This document shows, one piece after another, positions 27,730 to 43,000 of a DNA stretch of 64,000 nt. Under the pieces are notes generated by a model. It saw only the letters and a list, made by a program, of their open reading frames with translations. It ran no database searches and was not told the origin of the DNA. Where the stretch lies: NCBI RefSeq assembly GCF_964355755.1, contig NC_092675.1, positions 24,958,912-25,022,911 on the forward strand, given 5' to 3'. Position 1 is the stretch's first letter. Each line of letters starts with the position of its first letter. The position numbers and the translations under genes were made by a program. The stretch comes from Antedon mediterranea. Taxonomy: Eukaryota > Animalia > Echinodermata.

Positions 27730-27871
27730 TTCTATATTTAGAGATAAATAATTTTTTTAAATTTATACTTGTATTTATAATGAATTGGATTGTTTGTAAC
27801 ACAACAAGCCTACACTTACAGCACTATCTAGGCCTACCTCAGCTCAGCCAGGCTAGCTTATTCTAAGCCTA

Positions 27872-28649
27872 TGTTATGCGCGATTTGAACGATTTGCGCA
27901 ATTTGAAATTGCGCAAAAAAATCCTTGCGCAATTTGAAATTGCGCAAAGAATTCTTGCGCAATTTAAAATTGCGCAAGGATTTTTTTGCGCAATTTGAAA
28001 TTGCGCAATCAACTTGCGCAATTTCAAATTGCGCAAGAAAATCTTTGCGCAATTTTAAATTGCGCTGCACAATTTGTAAATTGCGCAAGATAGTTCTTGC
28101 GCAATATGACACCTTTGCGCAATTTGAAAACGAACTGTAAATTTTCCCATACATGGCTAGGCTAGGCCTAGGCAGAGGAGTTTAAAATTTAGTATTTTAT
28201 TATATAAATAAGACCATTTCAATGAAGATAATGTTTAATACTCACTTTTTAAGTTTTTAATATTAGTTTAAGCTAGGCCATGTAACCTAGTCAGTATCAG
28301 TAGTCCAGACCCTAGCTAGGCTAGAGTAGTATAGCCGGCCGCCCGCGCCGCGCCCGCCTGGTGGAACACCACCGCTTCGTTTTCCTTCGTCGGTTCTTCG
28401 ACGGTATGCTAACTTATAACAATATTTGCACTACTAAAATAAGGAAATGCGATATTTATCTTTAATTTTGAATCATTCTTAGAAATTACTATAAAAATAT
28501 GGGTGTGCATGATTTCACAATCTGTCGAAAAACCTTGCGCAATTTGCAGATTACTTGCGCAATTTAATACACATGTTTCAATTCAAATTGCGCAAGGATT
28601 TTTTTTGCGCAATTTCAAATTGCGCAAATCGTTCAAATCGCGCATAACA
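27872..28649 (-). mobile_element. Non-autonomous TGT..ACA transposon (Ginger-like), copy 2, inverted relative to copy 1
   Basis: Same TIRs; 4-bp TSD CCTA (27868-27871 and 28650-28653); near-identical to 18789-19587 apart from a ~20-bp indel and a few substitutions. Confidence 0.88.
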
Positions 28650-29059
28650 CCTAGATAGGTGGGTGATGTAGATCAGGAAGGCCAACAGTAGCTAATTAGT
28701 CCAAGGCCTAACTAGCTATCTATTAGGACCTCTCTATCTAGATAGAGAGGAGAAGGCTAGCTATACTAGCCTACCTAGGCCTGGCCCTAGCTAGTAGGCC
28801 TAGCTAAGTAATCCGGCCTAGCTAGGGCCAGGCCCTACTCTACTAGCCTATATAGGCTATAAAAGGCCTATAGGCAGGCCTACTTAACTAGCTAGGCCTA
28901 GCCTAACTAATTACTATGTAGGCTTACTAGGCCTAGGCCCTACTACTAGGCCTAGTAAGAACTAGCACCGTTATTTTATATTAATGACCTGTATTTTATT
29001 ATGTTACAAATAAAACGTTAAATTTATATAAATTTGTTGTAATATAGGCCTAGGCCTAC

Positions 29060-29160
29060 CTTCTTCGCGTACCACACACCGTGTGACCAAAACAAAACGT
29101 AGATAACATAGCGCCCTCTTTAGTCACACGTGCTTTTATTTTTGTTACGTAATCGTCGTA
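29060..29160. promoter_or_regulatory. Compact bidirectional promoter / first exons of BOLA1 (-) and RNLS (+)
   Basis: Minus-strand donor GAAG|GTAGGC at 29059 and plus-strand donor GTC|GTAAGT at 29158, about 100 bp apart. Between them are GCGCCCTCT (29111) and E-box CACGTG (29127). Both genes have acceptors just upstream of their ATGs. Confidence 0.55.
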
Positions 29161-29747
29161 AGTCTATTTTGATTTTCTTACTTCTTAATTTACTTTTTGC
29201 CACTAATACGTTTATTAAATGTATTTAGTTGTTACAATAGGGTCTATCTGAGCTTAAAGAACATGTATGCGTCAGAATCTAGGCTAGCTCAGGCCAGGGA
29301 GTTGTTACAACTGCTAGGCCTAACATTAATTAAAAGCCATCATGTGGGCCTAGCCTATAGCTAGGCTAGGTACGTCCTAGCCTCAGTTAGTAGGCGCGCC
29401 TTCTATGAGATAGGGTAGCTGCTACCTCTAGGCTAGGTAGAGGCTAGCCTACCTAGGCCTCCTACTCTCTAAGTCTTGAAGAAAGGTAGGGATCGCCTGC
29501 TTGGCTAGCCTCTCATGATTAATACCAGTTCAGCAGCAAGCAAGGTCAAAGGAAGTTGAGGTAGAGTGTAAGAGAGCAATTATAGTAGGTCTAAATTAAA
29601 AAAGAAAGTCTTGATTGATAATGTTTTGATAAACTAATTTCGACATTTTAATTTGATTCTTAACCCAAATATTAAAACATGGAGTTATAACATTATGAAT
29701 AAAATGTATCTTTTTTGTATTTAGGTTTAGTATTAGCCTATTTCAAC

Positions 29748-34082
<4,335 letters not shown>

Positions 34083-34882
34083 ATAAATATCTTTTATATT
34101 TATTTAGACATATTAATTAACACAAAAAGAACACAGGCACACAGTTGTTTAAATATTGTATTTTCAATCAGGAAAGCGTGACATTTCACTATTCTCTGGT
34201 TCATTTGATGATTTACTGGTATTTTACAGGCATGTATGTGAAAACAAGTATTTGAAAACGGAGAAAACTTTTTTTTTCTTTATTTTTTGTGATATATTGT
34301 GTGGTTTATAATGATAATAGTAGTTTGATAAGCTCTCTGAAGCAAATCAATACTGTATTAAAACAAAATTAAAATAAAATAAATAACTAATACTAACTTA
34401 ATAGTTTCATTGTGTGTCTTTTAGGTCATAGGGATTTGTTGTGAATCCTATTTAATCGGAAAATTATATTCCAGAGAACACGGACTTATTTGTTATATAA
34501 ACTAGATTGGTAGTACATACATGTCCAGACTGTACATTTTTGTATCAGTCTTACTCTGTGGTAAACCATAATCCTGTATAATTCACTGTAAAGCGTATTA
34601 TAATACAGGAATAGTTCAACGTTTATCAAAGCCACAAATACAGATATAGGTCTACATTAATCGTATTCTCAAATGTTACGTTTAATTCGAGACAAATCAC
34701 CTACAAACTTAATAGGCCTATGGCTAATTGCTTTCTTTCTTCAAATGTATATTTTCAAAAGGGACAATATGTCTAACATGATAATAGTCCTAATTTAAAC
34801 TGTTTATGACGATCTAATTGTTGCAATAATGTGTGAGTGTACGTTTTAACATTCGACATGTCGGCTTATAACTCGATGTAGT

Positions 34883-36216
34883 GGGGAACCTAATGTAATT
34901 CCGTGAGATTTTAATACTCAAATTTAGTTCTAGGCAGTTTTGGAATCCTTAGGACTAGTAGAATTCATTGCAACTCGGGCCCAATTTTTCCCAACCCTAT
35001 TTTGGTCGCCGCATTGGATTTCAAAATGGCCCTCATTTTTACTCAAAACTGATAGTAGCTCCTATTTTAAACCATGTACGAACGTAATTTGTGTGACAAA
35101 TTTTATTTATTTTATTTATTTTATTTTATTCAGTCAAAACCAACAGCGATAAATACCGCCACTAACAGGTTTGAAACATAAAACAATACAACATCAAAAA
35201 CGGTTAACAATAAAATACAGATAAAATATATATATATATATATATATACAGTATATAACATAGATCGGCATGCCATAAACAATTTCAATTAATCAAACAG
35301 GTTATGCAAGCTGTTCAAGAAGTGAACACATAATCGTCCTCTTAAAATAACCAAATCTATCATTAAAAATATCGATATGATTGCTATTTAGATTATTAAA
35401 TGTATAAGCTAGTCTATGAAAAAGTCCCCTCTTAGTACAGTCGACACGGCTAAAAGGAATATGCAATAAATGTCTATTTCGTGTACGACCAGGAACATTT
35501 AAACTAAATAGTGAAATTAATGAACAGTCATATTTAGAATTTAAAATATTATATAGAAAAACCATATCAGATATCGTTCGACGATTGCTGACAGAATCAA
35601 TGGAAAAGGCAAAATTAACACAGTTATAAGACAGGAATCGTACAAACTTCCGTTAAACAGTGTCGATTCGACGGGCCTGACATGGAGAAATTGAATTGAA
35701 AATTACGGAAAAATATTCAAGGTGAGGACGTATAATAGATTTGTATAAAGATAAAAGTGCCCTGCCGTCGTTCATAAACCTACAATTTCTCCATATCAAG
35801 CCCATAAATCTTAGAATATTATGATAAATCAGTCCAATGGTACAATTTATATATGGTAATGGTATGGTATATTTATAATAATAGCATATGGCAGCCATAT
35901 TTTGATGATTAAATACATAAATGCATACATTATATACGTTTTTAATGGCGGTCATATTGGAATCCAATATGGCTGTCATATACTATTATTATAACTTGTA
36001 CCATTGGACTGATTTATCATAATATTGTAAGATTTGTCACACAAATTACGTTTAAAATAGAAGCTACTATCAGTTTTGATTAAAAAATGGAGGCCATTTT
36101 GAAATCCAAGATGGCGGCCAGGATAGGGTCGGGAATTCTACTAGTCCTAAGGATTCCAAAACTGCCAAGAACTCAACTTGAGCATTAAAATCTCACGGAA
36201 TTACATTAGGTTCCCC
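34883..36216. mobile_element. Foldback MITE with ~250-bp inverted arms, interrupted by a LINE
   Basis: GGGGAACCTAATGTAATTCCGTGAGATTTTAAT at 34883 is inverted at 36184-36216. The arms continue inward across the LINE. Confidence 0.8.
35102..35805 (-). mobile_element. 5'-truncated CR1/L2-like LINE (C-terminal ORF2 remnant and AATA-type tail)
   Basis: ALLSLYKSIIRPHLEYFSVIFN..RRIDTV*RKFVRFL and RR..SDMVFLYNILN..LNVPGR are typical post-RT CR1-group motifs; internal stop present; (AATAA)n tail at 35102-35131. Confidence 0.8.
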
Positions 36217-36723
36217 AATAGTCCTGATTTAAAGTGTTTATGACGATCTAATTGTTGCAATAATGTGTACGTTTTAACATTCGACATAATTATGTCGGCT
36301 TATAACGCGATGTCGCCAGGCATGTCTTTTTTTTTTTGCCAAACATCCTTCTTTCACATATCTTTTATCACCAGCCATCCTTTTACAACTCGATGTTGCC
36401 TTCCGATGGTTTGTCACCGACTATTCTTTTTAGTCGCGTACAAACGCGACTCTACAGCTCACTATGTCGGTCGGTTGGTTGGTCGGTCGTTCAATAAACA
36501 CTAACTCAATTTGCGCACGCGACTCAGCGATGTATATGGCCTTGTTAAATTTCACCCAAGTTGTTCCCCCTATTTGTCATCAGCCAGTCGTCTGTCACTC
36601 GTGGTTCCATTATTATTATAATAGATAGGCCTACTATGTTTGTAAAGAATTAACAAGAGAAATCTCTCTTCCTTTACCTCCCTAATGTCATTTTAGTTTT
36701 ATGCTTGTTTTTGTATTATTTTA

Positions 36724-36794
36724 ACTTTAGATCTCATTTCATTCAATTATGGTGTAAAATTTACACCATAATTGAATGAAAGGAGATCTAAAGT
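36724..36794. repeat. 71-bp near-perfect palindrome
   Basis: AACTTTAGATCTCATTTCATTCAATTATGGTGTAAA / TTTACACCATAATTGAATGAAAGGAGATCTAAAGTT, one mismatch. Confidence 0.85.
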
Positions 36795-36816
36795 TGCATA
36801 GTTGTTTGTTCTATTC

Positions 36817-36840
36817 CAGGGAAGAGTTAACTCTTCCCTG
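36817..36840. mobile_element. 24-bp perfect palindrome with 8-bp TSD (minimal hAT-like element)
   Basis: TTCTATTC-[CAGGGAAGAGTTAACTCTTCCCTG]-TTCTATTC. Confidence 0.65.
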
Positions 36841-37689
36841 TTCTATTCAAACGTTTTATCATTCAGCAAAATTGTATTCCATCATGACAGTTAATGCAAT
36901 TGATTACCTTTTGTACAAGATAAAAACATAAGAAAGTCTGATATTTCTAGTATTTTTATATATAAAAAAGTAAATGTGAAACTCATTCGATAGGCCTACC
37001 CTGGAGTTTACTTCTAAAACCCCCGTGCTGATATAATAAAATAGCAATAACGAGAGAAATAGCAGTAAGCGTCTTATCTAGGTCGACTTGATCAAAGGCC
37101 CTGTAGGCCTGTAGCGAAGGCAATGTGTGGTTAGATCGCAAGCCCAGTAGGTGATGTCCCGGAAACCTTGGTTTTAAAGATTTCTCAGCTTATCTGAAAA
37201 TGATTTAACCGTAAATGCAGGTGAGAGAAGTGAAAGGCAGTATTGTCCTACGGTACCTCTGAGATAACAGGTTACTCAATTCAATAAATATACACTCTGA
37301 TTCATTATAATATATTGAAAATGTGTGTGTAAACGATAATACATGTTACATATTAGTTCTATAGTTCATTTAAATAGGTCATAAAAAATATGTGATAGGA
37401 AAAACCATACATCGGGAACAAAGAGAAAATATTGTCAAATCATAAATACAGTAATGCATACACAGATTAAAGAAGTTATTAGTTCAATATATTTATGGAA
37501 TTTGATATATTCTAGTAGTTATTTTGTGGAAAAGTTTACAGATCTGGAAGATTAACAACAATTCCAGTTGAATCAAATAGAAATAAATGTTCATTCTTAC
37601 CTAGCGCTATTACAATGAGTTCCAAAGATAGGTAATTAGGTCTTTTGTATTTTATATTGCTTGATCAGTTGTTAGTTCTGTCATGGAGG

Positions 37690-38250
37690 TTTTTAACAGG
37701 AGTTTGCTTAAATTATAAATGAATCCCCTTTTCAATTCAATACAATGATATCATTCTTTACACTAGACCTTCTATTGATTCAAGAACTCGAAATTTAACA
37801 GGAATCCGTTTGCTTCAGGCTATAGGCCAACTTTAAGACAATTCACCATGGTTCTATGTTGATCATGAATGTAAATTGTATGTGTGTATTGTTTTGTTTG
37901 CGTTTTTCTGCCAAGAAAACAATTATCATTGTACTATATGTATGAATGACTTGAATGAATCTGTATCATCTTCTGAATAGTAATTGGATATCACTTAAAC
38001 AAAAGGTGTCAACATTGTGCAACAGTTGCCTTAGTCCCTTCGTCATCATCGTCTTCAGCAAACGTTTTATGTAGTGAACATATTGTAGCATTGTAGGATT
38101 TTTAACAGGAGTTTGCTTAAATTATAAATGAATCCCCTTTTCAATACAATGATATCATTCTTTACACTAGACCTTCTATTGATTCAAGAACTCGAAATTT
38201 AACAGGAATCCGTTTGCTTCAGGCTATAGGCCAACTTTAAGACAATTCAC
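37690..38250. repeat. ~155-bp direct duplication (37690-37846 and 38098-38250)
   Basis: TTTTTAACAGGAGTTTGCTTAAATT...AAGACAATTCAC occurs twice, nearly identical. Confidence 0.85.
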
Positions 38251-38687
38251 TTTGTGAATACAGTATTGAAGTCCCTTTTCGATCCAAAAGTCTATTTTTT
38301 TGTTTATTCTGATCGTATTCATGTGTGTTTTTGTATATTATTTCAATGATTCAGATCAAAGTTATAGGATGCGCATCTACACGCTGCGAAATCACTTATT
38401 GGGTTTCAAACTGTTCAGTGGGAGGTACAAAATGATGTGGTTATACCTATCCATTTTTTAACTAGGGTTTTATATGCTACATTACAAGTACAATGTTGTC
38501 TGTTACGCGTGTAATCTTTTAACAATGTGTTGTCTGTTGAATAATGACGTCATGTTTTGTAGTAATGTGTTGCCATTACGAGTCCCAATTACACAGTTTC
38601 TTAACATTTAAGTTGTTCGGTACATTATTCCGTTTGTCTAATCGAATACTTTTCGTATTGAATACAGTACTCTGTGGCTTTTATAAT

Positions 38688-38845
38688 GCTTGTTTCCAAC
38701 TAGGTCGCCACGTAAGGACGTAAGCCGCAACACAAGCGAATTGACCAATCACAAGTGATGGATTATCCCAATTGTCGCTGATGATTGGTCGATTCGCTTT
38801 CGTTGCGGCCTACGTCATTGTTGCGTTGTAATGGGAACCAAGCTT
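38688..38845. mobile_element. MITE family B, diverged copy
   Basis: GCTTGTTTCCAACTAG..AAGGACGTAA..TTGACCAATCACAAG..TGGGAACCAAGCTT. Confidence 0.65.
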
Positions 38846-40013
38846 AATAAACATGATATTTAGTTGGCTAAAAACAACACATACTCATGTTTACCACCAG
38901 TGTTTTCTATTGCAACGTTTATTAGCTTTTTTTACATGGTTATAGGCGTACCCGTCCTCCATATTCACGTCACCGTCGTAGCTCTCGAGTAGTATTTCCA
39001 AGATATATTTGAGCACAGTCAATATTGAGGGGTCTCTCATCGTACAAATCGCTATCTGACATTACTGTGGAAATTCACAATTCATGAATATTTATTGCAC
39101 AGTATTTTTGCATAGCTGCAAGTCCACTTTGACATTTATAAAAAGTTTTTTTTTTAAATTATCATTATTATTTTTGACTTCACATGCGATAAGTGCCCAA
39201 ATACACCTAAGATATACTGTATATACATATTCAGATCTTTCTTTCTATACAAATCCTCAATAAATAATTTCAGTTAAGAGCTTAACATAACCGTTCATAA
39301 GCCTTTAAGAATAAAATGAGCTTGTTTACTATTTCTTTTTATGTATAATTTATAAGTTAAATTGTTCATTGTGTGAGCAACAATTGTCCACTGTCCCGGT
39401 ACCTGTCCGGGGCGCCCATTTATCCAAGGTTTATATAAGGTATTATTCGTATATTTTACAAAGTAAATAATAGACTACACGAATTGATTTAATATTTACA
39501 AGCATAGCTATGCACATGGCAAGCTTAAAATAGATTTAATATTTGAATAAATACATTAAAATAACCTACTATTTTGTAGGGAAACTTGAATACTGTCGTT
39601 ATATTATGTACCACAAATATTGTACATTGAATGCAACAAGCCAATGATAAATTTGGATTGAATGACGTAGTAAGGTATTTTGGTCCTGCTTTTAGTATCA
39701 CAATACTAACAACCCAATATGCCATTTTGAGTGTACATGATTTGTAGATAAAAACGATGATGAATACGACATAAATTAAATAAACACCAAAATGGCTTAA
39801 GGTACATTCGATGCGATATATTATAAGATACACTTGACTTCTAGTGGTCTCCTTCAGATTGAAAATAAAGTTCAGCTGCACTACATGATAACATGAGGCT
39901 GATATTGTTAAGATTGATGATGAGTAATTTACTCGTAACGAGAATATCACATCACATTTTGTACAAAACAACAGATAAGTACAGAAACATAATTTGGCGC
40001 CTTGTTAACAAAA

Positions 40014-43000
40014 TCATGGAATAGGAAGATCGTCTGCTGTCTGTGCTTCATCTGAGTCTTGTATTACTGCCGCACTTCCATCACATGTCACACAGCAGAT
40101 TTCTTCGTACCCCTCCAGTCCGCAATACAAATGCCGTAATTTAGGGTTGCACAGCAGAGAGCCTGAGACGGGAACGCATTTTTTGCTTTTTACTTCTACA
40201 GGTAAAAAAAGAAGAAACACGTTTAATTATATTGTCAATATCGAATCCAAAAGTCAGAAAAGCTTAGGTGATTCCAAAAATTGTATTGTGATTTAAAAGT
40301 AATTCCAAAAACTGATTGAACTTGTCAATGTTTATGAGCAAGTAAAATTGGTTTAACTTGGTAAAGTATGTGTGTAATATACCCTTTATCTTTAAGTATT
40401 TCCCAGTTTTTAGCATCATTATTATTATTTTGGGAAATAAAGAAACATAATGTTTATCTGTTTTCAGAATATCCTAAACCAATTGTTCATAAATTTGATG
40501 ATTCTCGTATTGTGGAAATTTAAAAACATTTTTCACGTGTTTTCTGAAAGTGGTGACAAAGAGTATATCCTAGAAGATGACACTTATTTGTAAGTGTCAT
40601 CCCGATTAGATGCAATTGAGTGGTGTGTGGGGCTTCATGTATCATGTCTACACTATCAAAATAGTGTGTCAAAAAAGTGTGATATGCCCAAATATGGTAG
40701 TCATATGACGTCATCGTGTCCATATGTGGGCACACCAAGTAAGGTTTGATAGTGTGGACAGATCTTTACTTTGAACAAACATGCTACATACATGCTACAA
40801 ACTACAACCAATTAACGGTACCTACGCTTGCTAGCACATTCACCCATGTCGCATTCACTGCTACTCTCTGGTTTGGTTTCAGGACATTGGTAATCTGAGC
40901 TTCGCATTGAAGGAATTGAGCAGGTTACAGTTCGTGTCATGACTCCAAGACCACAAGAAACTGAACACTAAAGGTAAAGAGCCATGCTTAGTCACAAACA
41001 TGTGTCGTACTAGTTCTAGACACTGAATTGCACGCATTTATAACACTCTGAAATTCCTAATGTCCATTTAGACTATCGTGCGGTATCATGTATTATAACC
41101 AATTCTTTATTAACTCTCACCGTACGTTACAGTATTGTCATAGAAAACAAATAACAAATGGCACAGAACGAAAACAAACAAAAAATAAAATCAAAAAATA
41201 TATATACGTATATATATACATATAGGCCTATAAACACATTAGGCTTGAAACATAAATATAAATATATATATAACCATGCTACAAGACAGGCTACATCATC
41301 CTATATAAAACGAAGGTACCGTCAGCAGAAACGATTTCTATCATGATCTTAACGTTCCTTTTAAAACTGTATTACTACAAAAATGCAAAAACTTGTTATT
41401 GAATAGGCACTATTGTACTAACCTCACTCCATTCTCCCGTCCTCCATACCAATGGGCACGGGTCGTTGTTGCATGCTTGACTATTTGCTGGCATTGGACC
41501 CGGGCATTTTCTATTGTTTACTGTATTTGCCCTCCCCTTGTCAACCTTTATGCAACGCACGCCACGAATTTGGATACCTCCACTACCACATGTTCGAGTA
41601 CAATGTTCCCATGGATCCGTTTGCCATTCGAATCTGTACAATAAACAGTTTAATTATTTTGTTTGTCAAATTATCGAGAGTCATTCTTTTTCAATAAACA
41701 TACAGTACTTTAAAATTGTGGACAAAAACAGTCAATTCCATCGATTTCAACTTAGAACCAAAACTCTACAAGAGAAGCATGTTTTCGTTTTGAACGGAAT
41801 ACACGAGGACGAATGTTAAATCGACCAACAATGCAGTCCTGATAATGAAACAAATGATACTGGGGTGTATACGCCCATTGCCACGTTTCTCTTTTGTATA
41901 AATTACGTCACAAATAACAAATTCACCAGGCATAGACGAATACATATCTATGTATAAGTACTGTATATTACCGTTTTTGTTTACATGGTTGTGTATTACA
42001 GAGTCTTCTGCTATTTATTGGATCATAATCTGCTTTTCCACAAAGTTCATTACCAACAATTTGATTGTCTGATTGTCGTCTGCATTCAAATGACTGGGTT
42101 TGCCATCCTGAAAAAATGAATCAATGCATTCATTTGATGTATTGGTGCATGCAGTTTTACAATAGTTTACATTTGCAATATTTGTTGGTCAACTTCGTCA
42201 TGATAATAAAATCAAGGCTTAGCCATAATTTCACAACAAAATGTACGCGCGTTCTGGAGACACGTTTCTGGTGATAAAGTCTGAATGGCGGATGTAAAAT
42301 AACGTCATAATTACAGCCGAATCAATAGCACTCCCACTACCAGATTTTGTTTGTTTGTAAGTCTAGACCAGACGGATTAAGAAGTTCAATATTCGTATTA
42401 ATGGGTCAAGAACAAATGTTTTTCCGGTTTAGAAGTAAAAATTAATTGAAAGGGGTTGTTGTATTTCGGTCAATATTATACCTCCCATCACCCCCGTATT
42501 TTGAGAATCATACGCCCCTTTTATTTATACGTAGGCGCATAAATTGCAGTTTGAGAAAAGGAACAAACCACTTACCTCCTCCACATTGTTTATTGCATTT
42601 TGACCATCCTACTTCTTGCCACAAGTATAAATCATCACTCCTTGATACTGCTAGGTCTTCAGACGGTAGCACGTATTTGTAAGTGAAATTAGCTCTTCGT
42701 TGATCTTTTGTACTGAATACCTAGAAGAAAAGTATACATAATATTTAGGCCTAATATCGTTGATACACAGTAGAACGCTTCATTTGGGCCACCCCTATCC
42801 AGGATTCTCGTATGAACGTACGAATGAGGGAAAATATTGTGCTTTGACATTACGATCAATCCCTATTCAGGATACACCCCTACCAATGAAGCACTTTGCT
42901 GGATGTCCCAAAGATGTCCCTCTAATAGGAGTTCCACTACTGCTATCCTATTTCATTGTTTTCACATTCATTTAGGGAAAAAATGTTATACTGGCCAAAT

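Noticed and set aside
29108-29125. CTCF site (TAGCGCCCTCTTTAG)
   Set aside because: Only the GCGCCCTCT half matches; insufficient to call.
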